Positions 1 through 13,894 of a stretch of DNA of 64,000 bases are shown in pieces (positions within the stretch are counted from its first letter, which is position 1; the number at the start of each line of letters is the position of its first letter). Below the pieces are notes generated by a model that saw only the letters and a program-made list of their open reading frames with translations, made no database searches and was not told the origin of the DNA. The stretch is taken from positions 7,254,001 through 7,318,000 of the forward strand of contig CM022673.1 in assembly GCA_012295275.1 (NCBI GenBank). Direction: 5' to 3'. Origin of the DNA: Chrysomallon squamiferum (taxonomy: Eukaryota; Animalia; Mollusca). A program made the translations under genes and the position numbers.

Positions 1-728
1 ACATACTATGCCAAATATTAGCAGTTTATTTTGACACTTTCAACTTTCAGCCTTGACATGGTTATGGCAGGAAACACAACAATAAAAGTATTAAATTAAT
101 ACTTGACTTCACACAAAGGAATTGTAAAACATGCAGGTCAAGCAATGAAACAGAAGATTGAGAAAACAGAGTTTACTGATTAAAATGTCAGCAAGATTTG
201 TTATATATATCACAGGACTGATCCTTTCATCTGTTCTTGCAATATTTTTTCCATGTTCCAACTAGAGCTCTACAAATATATATTTTAAAGTATATGTGTA
301 TGTTCATTCCTAAGTAGAAGAAGATGGATAAAACACTTTGAATCCTTTTGTATATACCCAGCAGATTATCTTTCTCATATAAAAACTGATATATATAATA
401 TATATTTTTTTATTTCAATTGTATTACTCTTCCATGGAAAATCTGTTAGAGATAAATGTTGCCTTGTCAAATAAGGTAATTTAAACAAATATCTACAAAT
501 AATCTTTTTTTTTTTTTTTTTTTTACTTCTTTACATATATATAATGAGATAACAAAGATAAGAAAACAGAAACAAAATGAAAATCATGAATATAAATTTA
601 AACGATGAAAATTAGTATATTGTTATCTGCTAGTAAAACAGATGTTTATAAATACACACACATATACATACATACATTTATATATATATATACACACACA
701 CACATGTATATATATACATATGTGTGTT

Positions 729-762
<34 letters not shown>

Positions 763-1191
763 AACAAACACAGATAAAAAAAATACAATCAATGAAATCA
801 ATAACCTTTTTTTTTAATGGCAAAGATGTCTGCACAAACAAATGTAAACAAAACACATGAAATAAATGAATTGTTTGATTCTGTATTTCAGTCTAAAACA
901 AACAATTTATTTATTTATTTGTTTTATTCTTATTTGTTGTTGTTGGAAAAAGTCAAATACAACAACATAAAGATATCAATTACATTCTAATAAATTACAG
1001 ACCAATGTAGCTTTAACATTTAAATGTTAAAATCATAAGTGGCATGGTATATTCAATTAAAAAGTGAATAGAAAATTTTACAAAATTTAACATGGCAAAA
1101 TAAAACAGATTTCTCAAAAGTTTTCTTTCCTGTTTTATATCTATCTGTTAGTGTTTGTATTAAGAAAGAAGACACACAACAAGAGAGAAAT

Positions 1192-1279
<88 letters not shown>

Positions 1280-3467
1280 GACAAGCAACTGTGGAATTAC
1301 ATTCAAAATGGAACACACATCCACTAATGGAATGTGTTTACGGGGGGGAAAAAAACAGGTGATTAGTAACCTATGCTAAATCATTAAAAACATTTCACAT
1401 ATGATACTTGTAAGAAACACTGCAGACAAATAGCAAATAACTGAACATGTTTAAAAAATTTGTGCTTTCTCAAATAAGTTTATTACTGCAGCCAGTAAAA
1501 TAAATATTAATAATTTAATATATTAAGTGCCAAGCTTCATTTGTACTGATGTATTTTTAGTATGAATAACATGGTAGGTAAATTTTATCCAAACCCAGGA
1601 CTTTATTTAGACAGAGATTCATTTGAATTTCGAATGTGAGAAAAAATACTTAATCACAGCATTTTGAATAATAAAAAAAATTATTATATTAAGATCAAAT
1701 AATTTTTCAAATATTTATCCTGTAGACCATCTCTCTTTCTCTCGTACATACACATACACAATGAAATGTGGTTCTGCAACCAGTAATGGTGTATATCTCA
1801 CTGGCCAGTAACATCAATTCATTAATTTCACTCAAACCTGATTAACAAGCCAACCCTAACCAACAAAACAAAATACAGCTGGCAATTCACAGGTATGAAT
1901 AACCTGTTTGTATGCATCTGATAATGAGAATCATTATAACAGAATATACTGTAAACACAGGACTTTTAGACTAAAAGGTTTATCCTTTGTCATTCAAAGG
2001 TTACATCCATGACATAATTATACAACATTTGATATAATTAATTGATAGCCAGGTGAAATATGTTTTGTGATAGATACTTAGGCATACACCTATTAGTATT
2101 TATCAATAAATATATAAAATATATTTTGTAACTTCAGCTGAAATATTTTTGGATGTTCATGAAGTTATTATATAAGACATAAATAACTGATGAAAATATG
2201 AAATGTGTTTCATAATTTGCTTACATGATCATTACTTGTGTGGGTAATTAGTGAACATATAAATAATTATTTAATATTTTAAATATGATACTTACTAGTA
2301 TTTAATAATATAATTATGGTAAATCTGTTATAACAAACAGAATAATTTAAATTCACATAAAAACATAAAAATTAAAAAATTAAACTGATCCAATATTATA
2401 CCAACATAATATTTTTATTATTATTACTAATGTAAGTTCTAATATTACTAATATAACTAATATAAAATTCAGCTATCACCACTGTAAGTTAAAAGAAAGA
2501 AACACAAGAAAAAAGAAAATCAACTTAGTCAAGTATTTTTAGTTAATTTGTTAAGACAATAATTTTAAAGATGTTTCAACAGTAATTTGTATTATTTTCA
2601 AATGGAAGTTTCTATAAACCATACATGAATACATACATAACTATTAAGTTGAAAAATATGTGCTTCGTCAAATAAGTTTGTAACATGAGCCCATTTTATT
2701 TTGGGTCAGCACTTTAATCATTAAACTAAACATTCTTAACTGCGTCTTAGATATTAAAAAAAAATAAAAAATAAAAATCTCTCAAAGTTAATCTCAAAAT
2801 ATGATTAGTCATACAAGTTGACAATAATTTTTTTTTTTTTTTTTTTTTATATATACAACAGTTATAAAAATGTCTTCTATTATATATGCATTTAACAAGT
2901 ACAAGGCTACTATGTCATATTTTATGTAGCTGTTTCAAACTGTTTATCACAACTGTTACAGTGCCAGATGAAAGATTTCTTAAAATTAATTATGTTGGGG
3001 TTGCTATATCACACAATGACAAGAACATCCCAGTCAACTTGTCTTTAACATGGCCTTAATGTCTAACTGGATAAAAAAAAGAAAGGAAAAGAAATCTTTG
3101 TAACCTAAAGTTTAATGTAGCATGTTATATTTTCAATAGCATTTATGTGTCAAATAAGTAATATAGTGATTTGCAAGTCATAAAAAGCATATCATCATTA
3201 ATATACAGGATATTTTGATGGATTAATGGCTGTTGATATATACTTATCTATAAATATACACAAACACACACGTTTATACAAAGACTGATTATATCTCATA
3301 TTGAAATTAGCAAAATCTCCATCTTGCTTTATTTTACAAATCACAGATGTTTATAAAATATTTCAATAATTAATGTGTTTTGGTTTATTTTATTTTTATG
3401 GAGTTTATTAAATCTGACACTTTCAGACTTATTTTGTCGGCAATAAAAATAAGGTACAAAAGGATAC

Positions 3468-3672
3468 TAATAAAGAAAACTTTTTTTTCAACTTCATTTA
3501 GAGATTCTAAATCAACGTGCTGTAAACTTCTTGCTTCTTTTTTGTATTCTTCCAGTAATGGAGAGCATTTTATTTCATTGTATTTAACCTTTTTACCATC
3601 TTCACTCATAAATTCACTTTTCAGCCTAAAATTCAAATAATGGATGTACTATATAAGTATCATTATTGCTTG

Positions 3673-3705
<33 letters not shown>

Positions 3706-4213
3706 TGCCTTATTGATTACAAATGATTGATGTTTATTGTTCAGTAATAATTATTATTAAATCAGCTATAACATATTTTATTGTAAATGAATAATCTCTT
3801 TTTCTTCGTTTCACACCCAAATACTAATTAGTAATACACTCACGCGTGCATCCACATAATCATGCACATGTCAGTTCTAAAAGATTAAGGTTTTGATGTT
3901 TATTTAATTCTTACTAGTTTTCAAAGTTAAAATAACCGAACACTAAACTTCTTTCCATAAAATTATGTGTCAAGCCTGAAAACAGTTTTTAAAATTAAAG
4001 TGAATTAGTGTAAATATAGTTCAGTCGAACTGTAATTAACAGTTTTTTAAACCAAATCGGCAAAACAATGTCCTGTTGACAATCTACATACCTGAGCATT
4101 ATCTTCTGCAATTTCTTTGAAAGCTCGCATGCGTCTATCGGGTGTTGTTCTAAAGTACTATCTGTTTTGTCAACATTCAGAACTTTCACATTTTCTGCTG
4201 TCGATGCCATCAT
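3468..4213 (-). CDS. 5' part (exons 1-2) of a probable DUF547-domain protein gene; remaining exons not found and probably left of the window
   Basis: Exon1 4213-4092 (ATG..CTCAG|GTATGT) joins in frame to exon2 3625-3468 (tttag|G CTG AAA..TTT ATT A|GTATCC). Product MMASTAEN...LQKIMLRLKSEFMSEDGKKVKYNEIKCSPLLEEYKKEARSLQHVDLESLNEVEKKVFFI resembles the DUF547 start (L..vdl..l...e..aF.IN.YN). Family call is by recall only. Confidence 0.6.
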
Positions 4214-4490
4214 GTCTCACCAAATTGCCACTAGAGTGACCTCGTTTGACAACAATTCGAAACGCCATCTAACGGTAAATATACTTAGGTACCAGTTTTC
4301 CATTAAAGTTGCGCTTTTCACATTCATAATGTCATATTATCCTTCGACGTTAAACATCACGTGGACCAGTTAACGGGTACTCGCTCTTGTCATCTGCTAC
4401 AGTTTAATGTTAGCTGTAACATTGTACTGACTTCATAATTGTCTTTGTAATAATTATTTCAGTACATAGTTAATTTAGCGGGTGTGCGTT
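4214..4490. promoter_or_regulatory. Putative bidirectional promoter between the DUF547-like gene and TBC1D7
   Basis: Divergent start codons 277 bp apart; locally CpG-richer; E-box CACGTG at 4358-4363. Confidence 0.55.
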
Positions 4491-4677
4491 ATGACTGAAG
4501 AAAGGAATTTTCGTACTTACTACTATGAAAAATTTGGCTTTCTCGGTGTAGAAGAAAAAAAAGCAATTGAGATTCTACTTAAAGAACAGCCGTTAGATGT
4601 GGAAAAACTAAGACTATTTTGCCTCCGTTTCCCCGTTCCTGCCATGTATAGACTGTATTTATGGAAAATACTTCTTG
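4491..4677 (+). CDS. TBC1D7: TBC1D7 exon 1
   Basis: ATG at 4491; donor G|GTAAAA; MTEERNFR...WKILL. Confidence 0.9.
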
Positions 4678-7600
4678 GTAAAACACAGAACACCGCTATT
4701 TATCATACTGCATAATTATTACTTGCTTTATTAAATATGTCTACGAAATACTGTTGACATGTGTTGAAGATAATGGGAACTGTCACTGACGTTCAAAAGT
4801 AAAACTATTCTACATCCACCCCGACATAAATCATATTTTTAGTAACTAAAAGATTGATGATGTGAAATAAATGAAAATGTTTACGTGGCAGTAATGTCAT
4901 TTTATTTATATTTTTCCCTAGCAGATTTATACATACATGCCTTTTTTTTAAAGTTTGTGAATAGTGGCTTATCTATAATAATATGTATCACCATGATTAC
5001 AATATAAATTTAATAATTGTTTTGTCATGGGTATAAATCTTTCTACAAGTTTAGCCCCATTAAATATATAAATAACACTTAAACGTATTATGTATTTGTT
5101 ATTTACCAAGCTGTCAGTAAAGTAGTGAAGGATGCTTTAAGTACAATTTTCCACATGTTCTGCTTATTATGGCTCTGCTTACGACTTAACTGATCTCTGT
5201 AATTTCAGGTATTCTTCCAGCAAATCAACCATCTCACGACTTTGTGATGAAGCAGAGAACACAGCAGTACAAAGATTGTCATCATGGGCTAATGTTAATG
5301 AGGAGAATTTCTGAACAAACTCCTCTGGAAGAGGTGCTGCTGAAAATGTATTTACTTGAAGAAGGAGTTCTTCCATTCAAAGACAAAGATCTGGTATAAT
5401 TTTTATTCTTCTTTTAGCTTTCAGTCAAGACCAATTATTGTGAGACGGAGCATCGAGTTAGACACATGAATATGTTTGTTTAATAATTTTCAGCCAGATT
5501 GTTGTTAGGGAATTCATTAAAAAAAAACCTGGCTATGATAATAAATTTTGATCCTTAATATGTAATTATTAGAAAACAGTTTTACTAGATTGATAATTTC
5601 GAAAAGATAATTTTACAGTAAGCTACACACAAAAAATAATTCCCTTTCAGCAGCGGAAATGCCAAAGATTGGTTTCAGATATCCATTAACCAATAAGCAG
5701 AATGGCTTTATATCAAAAAAGATTTTCTTTTTGGGATGATTTCCAAAGTCTGCATTATATTTAATAATTTTGTATTCAGAAAAAAAGTAAGGAATGTTAG
5801 CTGTAAAATTAAATATCATATTATAAATATAATAATACAGTTATTTTAGAAATATGTGTGTGTGTATACACACATATACAGTTTATGTTAATTAATATGA
5901 AGTAATATTCTAATAGTATCAGAAATATTCTCATTCACTGCTTTACTTTTGAAATTTATTTATATTTACTTATTTATTTGTGAATGTATATTTTATTAAC
6001 ATTATATAAGTAAATATAAATAAATATATATTATTATTATTATTATTATTATTACTATTTTTATTATTATTTTATTACTTTCTGGTTTATTGCAGCTAGT
6101 TCAATAGCTGAAGTACAACACATAAAAACTTTAAAATAAATAAATAAGTGACTAAACATACTGTCTTCATCTTTGTTCCTGTTAAATGTGTATTTACAGC
6201 AGTTAGATCCTAGCTACAGATCATTTCTGGCAATGGCTCAAGGTGTTTGTAGCATAGTTGATGGTGATGTTGATCGATACTGGATCACATCAAGGTTTTA
6301 CAGACAGTTCTGGAAGTTCAAGGATACCTTCATACATTTGGTAATACAATAATTACAGTCTGAACCTCTTCTTACTGGATAATCATGTTTATATCAAAAT
6401 AAATTTGTTAAAAAATCATAAAACTTTCTTTCAAAAAAAAGATCTAAAAAATACAGATATGTCAATAATGCTTTTAAAAAATTCATTGCAAGTTGAATAA
6501 AATAAATATTTATATCAATAAATCTTTGGTTTTCTACCAGTACTGTTTAGAAACGATTTTATGCATTGCACTTTGATGTTACAAAGTAATCAATTTTAAA
6601 AAAATCTTTTTAATGTTGGTATAAATGAGTCTCAATTACTGTAAGAAAATCTGGAATTATATTTACATTTGTATTCACAGCACATGATTTAAAATAGTTT
6701 TTAACCTTGGGCCCTTGTGGGTTTTTTTAATAGTCTTTTGTTATACAAGTATATGAGTAGAATGAACATACTGGAATGTAGAATAATTATAAGCATTTAT
6801 AAATTGTAAATACATAGTTGTAACATCACCCTGTGTTCTCATATTATTTTTTAAATAAAAAAAAACAAAACAAATGACAGTGGAGAATTCATGCACAAAT
6901 CAGAATGAAAAACAAATTTTTATTTAATGGACTGTTAAAAGAAACATTATCAACATTCTTCAATTAAATATTCTTTCAGCAAGACAAAACCTTGCAGTGT
7001 TTAAAGAAAGAAGATTCTGATCAGAAGCTATATAATCATTTATACCAACATCAAGTGTTCAGTTCCCTCCCTTTGACCGATTGGTTTAGCTGCTGTTTCA
7101 CTGGTGTTCTTCCAGATACATCTTTTGAAAGGTAGAAAAAAAAAAAAAATCCGTTTCCTGTATTCTTAAGAGGTTCTCTTACACAATTTTCCATTTGTAT
7201 ATATTTCCAGTTTATTTGTGTTTTATGTAAGCTGAGTTAGTGACTGACTGACTGATTGAAAAAAGAACGTGCTAATCAGAGTATGCTGTTGTGAAGCATG
7301 CTTTGACAGTCATGTTTTCTGACAATGCCAGAGGGCATGTCTGTCACAGAAAAATGTAAGCTGATTTATTATTACCTTAAAAGTGTGTTGATAGAGATGT
7401 TCCTCACTTTCTGGCCTTACTGTTTAATGACCCTACAGACCTATGACTAGCTCTCCAACCAGTGAGTAAAAAAAAATGTATGCCATACAAGAATTTTGGT
7501 TGTGGAAAGGGCAATATGGCATCTTGTTTCACATTATCCTCTCTCAGTGTCAGTCTTTTTTCCTGCAGTCAGTTATTATTCTCTTTAGTAGCATTCACAA

Positions 7601-9643
7601 TCACCAAGACTGCACATTTTATATATAAATTTGTGTTTTATTCAAAACCCCATAGTATAAGATGTTATAATTATCACTGACTGAATTTTTTTGTTCAGTG
7701 CTGTGTAAGATTTGCACAAATTAAAATAAAGTGATCAGCTTGGAGTTTCCTTTTGACCTTTTCTTTTTTAGAGCTGATTTCTTTATTTTGTTTATTAGAG
7801 TATAAAATGTAAACATAAAAAAATATACTAAAAATGATATAAATGGTGCAAAGGTGACATTAAAACAATATCTAAAAACTGAACACCTGTATAGTATGAC
7901 TGAAATATTGACAAAAAATAGCTTATATATATATATATATACATATATATACATATATATATATTCAGTCACATAAATGTATGTGTGTATGTATGTATGT
8001 ATGTATGTATGTATGTATGCGTGTTGATTTGAATGTGTTTATATGTTATATTCAGGGTGTCAAACTAGTTATTTGACCTCGTGTCTGAAACATTTAGCCT
8101 AACAACCAAGACTGTCAGACATTGGGCCTAACAACCAAGACTGTCAGACACTGGACCCACTGATCAGTTGCCACCCAACGCAGAACCTGACCAGTTGCTG
8201 CCCAACTTGGAATCTGCCCATCTGCTGCCCAACGCCAAGTCTGACAAGTTGCCATCCAACTCAGAACCTGACCAGTTGCTGCTCAACACCAAGTCTGACA
8301 AGTTGCCATCCAACTCGGAACCTGACCAGTTGCTGCCCAACGCCAAGTCTGACCAGTTGCCACCCAACTCTGAGCTTGATCAGTTGCCATCCAACGCAGA
8401 ATCTGACAAGTTGCCATCCAACTTGGAATCTGCCCATCTGCTGCCCAACGCCAAGTCTGACCAGTTGCCAACCAACTAGGAATATGACCAGTTGTCACCC
8501 AAAGTCACGTCTGACCAGAAAACAGTCTGATGTGTGTCCCCAGAGACTGCTACTGTTGGATGATGTGAACAGAGAAAGCACAATGAAACTTAGAACAGCA
8601 GTGTCAAAGGGGTCATCAACAAGGGTTTGTGAAATGCAACTGTGAGGGAGGGGACAAACACATGTCAAACAATCTTTTGTGCAGTTCAAAATGTCACTCA
8701 AGTTTGAACTGCTGTAATAAATTGAATACTACTTGTGATGTGTTTTGAAATAAATGTTTTCATGCAGTTGAAAGTCATTCTTTTCATTCTGTCATTTTGC
8801 CTAATGACTAGTGGTCTATTTCAGTCATTAGGGCAAATGACTAGTTTGACATATATACACTTACATATAAGGCATGCAAATACTTGGTGTCAGTTGATAC
8901 TGATTTTATAAATGTGTGTATGAATGCATATAAGATCAGTATTTGTATGCTTTTAACTGATGATAATTATTAACTGCAAAAGTAAATCTCAGTATTTTCT
9001 AGAAACAAAATAGATATGGTTTTTGTTACAATTTTTGTTGTTTCATGAAATTAAATTGCAGTTAAAATGTCATTTTTATTTTTCATCCAGAAATATCCTT
9101 GTTTTTTGTAACCATTTTATGGATATTTGAAAAGTAATTAAATAATTTTATTATTTTTTATATATATATATATATAGAATCTGGGATAAAGTAATTGGTG
9201 GATCGTGTGTTTTTCTTGCTTTTGTTGCTGTGGCAATCTTTCTCACCTTTAAGAGACCACTGCTGAGTATGCAGAGTTCAGAAGAAATGATTACATATTT
9301 GAAAAACGTGAGTTTTTATATTTTTCATTACAATTCTTTTGCTATAACCATTCTGAAGTTCTGTGAAATTATATTAATGTAACAAACCATTCAAATTTGA
9401 TGTAATGTATTTTCCAGTGTTTTCTGATGTACGTATGTAAATAAATATATTTGTCAGAACTTTTAATGTCTTGATTTAATTAATTTATTCTCCGTGTTTT
9501 AATTATTGTTTTACTCCTTCTCCTACTCCTACTCCTAAAACTCCTACTAAAGCTCCTCCTCCTAATAATAGCACCACCATCATCACAACTATTACCACTA
9601 CTCCCACTGCTACTACTATTTCTACTATTGTTTTTATTGTTAC

Positions 9644-9721
<78 letters not shown>

Positions 9722-9843
9722 AGATTCCTGATGACTGTGGGGATAGATTAGTCAGTGAGGCAATAGATCTGTGGCAAAAACATGGAGGACATCACGTACA
9801 GACAAAATCGGATTCACCAAACTTTGATAAACTACCTACTTGA
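4491..9843 (+). CDS. TBC1D7: TBC1 domain family member 7 (TSC complex subunit), 6 exons, 304 aa
   Basis: Exons 4491-4677, 5209-5393, 6200-6340, 6980-7131, 9178-9307, 9724-9843. All introns are GT-AG; 915 nt in frame. N-terminus [50 protein letters not shown] and motifs [38 protein letters not shown] match TBC1D7. Confidence 0.93.
5209..5393 (+). CDS. TBC1D7: TBC1D7 exon 2
   Basis: tttcag|GT ATT CTT CCA...GAT CTG|gtataa; [17 protein letters not shown]...[15 protein letters not shown]. Confidence 0.88.
6200..6340 (+). CDS. TBC1D7: TBC1D7 exon 3
   Basis: tttacag|CAG (NAGNAG)...CAT TTG|gtaata; [29 protein letters not shown]. Confidence 0.85.
6980..7131 (+). CDS. TBC1D7: TBC1D7 exon 4
   Basis: tttcag|CAA GAC...GAA AG|gtagaa; [21 protein letters not shown]. 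Confidence 0.88.
8053..8851. mobile_element. Degenerate non-autonomous TIR element (MITE/hAT-like) in TBC1D7 intron 4
   Basis: tgtcaaactagttatttgacc (8058-8078) is a near-perfect inverse of gggcaaatgactagtttgaca (8831-8851). Left end starts CAGGG; subterminal hairpin 8791-8841; GC-richer than flanks. Confidence 0.55.
8161..8500. repeat. 27-bp minisatellite, ~12 diverged copies
   Basis: Unit tgaccagttgccacccaactcagaacc with variants. Confidence 0.85.
9178..9307 (+). CDS. TBC1D7: TBC1D7 exon 5
   Basis: (ta)n-g|A ATC TGG GAT AAA...AAA AAC|gtgagt; [19 protein letters not shown]. Confidence 0.88.
9724..9843 (+). CDS. TBC1D7: TBC1D7 exon 6 (terminal)
   Basis: (att)n-caag|ATT CCT GAT...ACT TGA; [22 protein letters not shown]. 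Confidence 0.85.
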   Translation: MPDDCGDRLVSEAIDLWQKHGGHHVQTKSDSPNFDKLPT

Positions 9844-11686
9844 GTTCAGTCGGAATTTCAGTTCAAGTATGCACAACAAGTCTTTCACAGAACACACCTG
9901 AAATGGCAAACTAATCATGAAACCTCCACGGTGTCATAACTTAAATATTATACAGAAAAGCCAAAGGAGACAGAGCACAACTAGTTTTAATTAAGAATAT
10001 TTGATTATACAGGTAAAAGGTAAAGGCACAGAAAAAGCAACAGTTTAATCGTTGCCTCAGGATTGATTTAAATTGAAAGTGTTTGGTTTAAAAAAAAAAA
10101 AAAAATTGTATTATTTACTAAAGCTTTAATTCTCGATGAAGAGAGATTGATTTTATTACACATTTGTTGATGTTTTTGTTTTTCATAGTTTTAATATTGC
10201 AAAAAAGTCTAATTTGGTGAACTTATTTGTTATTGTTTTATGTAGCTTTAATTTTAAAGAAAAATGTTTGTTCTGTTTTTCTTTAATATTTTGTTGTTGT
10301 TTTTTCTCTAATATATTCTGAACAGTGGACTGATAACGAATTATTAATATATATATGCATGTATGTATGTGTGTAATTATTTTGATTGCTATTTTTTTTA
10401 ATACAATTTTTTTGTGAATTGTCTCCCTTATATTACAAGGGTATTCTTGTTTTTGGGGCTCAACTTTTAAATAGTTTTCTTTTTTAGTGTATTTTATCTT
10501 TTTAATCAATATTATTATTAAATCACATTTTAGTTATTCATAATGTTTATTTTTCAGAACTAATTTCAAAATTAATTTTCAATTTCGTTATGAAAGAAAT
10601 TGTAATGTATCAATTTTTTTAAATTTTTCTTAATTTCTTTTGTTGATTACAGACATGGTGTGACATACATAGAGCTAAAGATCTAGTCACTGAACCTCTC
10701 AGTCTGAATGATAAATATTTTTCCTATGATTTCTTTTTGAATGAGTTATTATTTTTGTTATTTTTGTTAGGCCTTGGTATACTTGGTGCATTCTCTTATA
10801 GGAAGAAACATATTGAAGATGGTCATCATCCATATAAACTGCAGTTTACCAGAATCTCAATGTTTTAATGTAAAACACTACTTCATAATTGGTAATTCAT
10901 TGTAATTGCCTAAGATTGTGTTAATGAATGATTGTTGTTATAGTTTTAATGATATAACTTTAGTATTATGTTTGAAATATGTGGACTCATAAACCAGAAA
11001 TATAAATTAATAAATAAATAAAGATTCAAATGTAGGTTAATCAAATCCATATACCATGTTATTCAAGATTCTGTTATTTACTGTATATTGTTTAACATTT
11101 TAATTGTAATTTTTTAATTTATTTTTTATTATTATTTCTTAAATTGAATTTGTATGGCATATACTTTTATAAAAAAAAAAAAAAAAAAAAAAATTAAAGA
11201 AATAAAGAAAGTTCAAGCAAGGCAGTTTTAGGTGCACTCCCTGATTTTTATCAGACACATTTATTATTCTTATTCTTATTCTTATTAGCTTATTTAGCTC
11301 ATTTTTAAATTGTCTTCTTGAAACACTCTCGTTATATTTATAATTTAGACATTTGAATTATTTTAAATCTGATCTTTTAAGTTTGTGAAAGAACAACTTT
11401 TAGATTGGGAATTTTAAATATTCCCCTTTTCTACTGCTTTCAAAATCACATTTTTAAGGCAATTTTTTAATTTTTTAGAAATATTATTTAAGTTTTCAGT
11501 TTTATCATTTTAGATATTATATTTGAAAACCATAAATTAAGAATTATATACATTGTTATTGTTTTATTAACTAACAATAAATTCTGATATTTCTTTAACA
11601 AACCTTAATAAAAGTGAGTTAATACAGTGATATTGGGAGGACTGAGAACAAGAAAAATCTTACTGTCATAAAATAAATATCAACCA

Positions 11687-11963
11687 GATATTCAGATATA
11701 AAAAAAAAAAAAAATATATATATATAAAGAAAAACACACCTTAAAATATTTTCCAGTTCTTAGTTATTTACATTCCAAAACATTGTAATCTATGATTCAT
11801 TCTTGTCAGATAATGTGTGTGTGTGTGTGTGTGTGATATACTAATACAATATTTTTTAATTTTTCAAAATTCAGTGTCAGTTATAACTTACATTATGCTG
11901 TTACGTTTTGTCATTTACTGATATAGAATATTATTTATCAAATCTGTATTTATTTATTTTCTG

Positions 11964-12007
<44 letters not shown>

Positions 12008-12685
12008 TAAACATAGCATTATAAATAAAATAAATAAATAATAAATAAATCTCAGATTTGCCTAAACTTTGTCAGTCACATTTAATTAAGAACCAGTTAC
12101 TTTGTTTTAACATGGAATGCAATGAAAACTTCATAAAAGTGATATGAGTTACGTCTGCATACAATTATGGAAAACCCATCCCTCTTTTAAAAAAAGGAGA
12201 AAAACATAGTTACATGAATTTTTAATTAGTATTAATGTACGTATTGACTAGCATTTCAATGATAAGATGATAAAACAGGAAGATAAATATTAATATATTA
12301 TTTGTACGAAATTAAAATAAGAAACTACATTAACTGTCACAGGTATTAGGTAGAGGTTATCTGATATGATGTGCATGGGTACTTATGTTAATTAGCTTTG
12401 CTGATCAAAAGAGAAATAAAACGCATCTGTTTTAACAGTTTAATTTAATCATGACTGATGTAAAGAAGGAAAAAAAAATTGTTACAGTTTATGGTATTAT
12501 GCATAGAACATTAATACTGACATTTTCCTCAATAAAAGAAAAGTGTCATATTTTGTTTAACTTTGTTATTGTCTTTTAATTACCTCTCTGTGTGTGCAAC
12601 AAGATATTCAGACAAAAAAAAAAACACACACCTTAAGATATTTTACATTCCAAGACACTGTTCTATGATTCATCCTCATCCGATA

Positions 12686-12731
<46 letters not shown>

Positions 12732-12804
12732 TACAATTTGATTTTAAATTTTGTCATTTACTGATATAGAACGTTATTTATCAACTTTGGTATTTATTTT
12801 CTGC

Positions 12805-12835
<31 letters not shown>
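11687..12835. repeat. Dispersed local duplication (~11687-12000 vs ~12602-12835)
   Basis: Shared agatattcaga...cacaccttaa..ttacattccaa..ctatgattcat..gataat(gt)n..tttgtcatttactgatatagaa..(att)n. Confidence 0.65.
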
Positions 12836-12841
<6 letters not shown>

Positions 12842-13010
12842 TATTGTTTTAGATTGCTTGGCAGAGAATATTTTTGTTTTACTTTCTTTAATTTACAGTG
12901 TTAGTGTTTGTTGCTAATCATAAATTTTGAGTTTAATTTTTTTCAAATTATAATATGTCACCGCATTCTCCATCACTACAGCAACTATATTTACATAATT
13001 ATTATATCTC

Positions 13011-13052
<42 letters not shown>

Positions 13053-13351
13053 GTTATTATTATTATTACTATTGCTATTATTATTTGTAGTATTATTAGT
13101 AACACATACCAGTGTTAATAATAAAATGATATACTTAACATTTTTTAATTAGAAACTTAGCAAAGAAATAAATATTAAATTAAAATTTAGAATGGCTAAA
13201 ACAGAAAATTTATACTTGAAGATGAACTACTGGGTGACTATTCACCTTTGTTTTATATTAAATTACCAATAATATTTATAAACTCAAAAGATATGTTGGA
13301 AAGGTAACATTATTAATGTTCTTGACATATTATCAGTTTTGTTAGTATATA

Positions 13352-13382
<31 letters not shown>

Positions 13383-13845
13383 GGACAAAAGCTCACCCCA
13401 TGCCATTGAAAAACAAGATTGGAGAAAAGCCTCCTCATACACAGAAACAAGGTAGTACAAAATAAATATTGTAAAACTATTTATTAAAATCATGGAATTT
13501 ATGTCACATTTAACAACCAACAAGTTTTGAAAGTAATCCACATAATTAGCATATGCGTGACCATAGAAAATGCGAAATGATTTTGTTATGAAGTATTCAG
13601 TGCCACCTGGAGCTTTCAACAGCTTTTCTATTAATTTCGGAAATTATATTAAATTCATTCTTCATCTAAACTGAGATTGTTGTCACAGTTATTTCGTAGT
13701 AATTAATTATGCTGATCAGTTGTACAAAGAATAATGGAAAATAACTACCTCGACAGATACCTGCAAATTTGTGATTTTATTTTATTTTATTTTATTTTAT
13801 GTTATTTATAATTTTAATTTTAATTTTAATTTTAATTTTAATTTT

Positions 13846-13894
<49 letters not shown>

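Noticed and set aside
5179-5376. Minus-strand 65-aa ORF
   Set aside because: Antisense of TBC1D7 exon 2.
8168-8479. 103-aa repeat ORF and its antisense ORFs
   Set aside because: Product of a 27-bp minisatellite inside an intron; TBC1D7 is complete without it.
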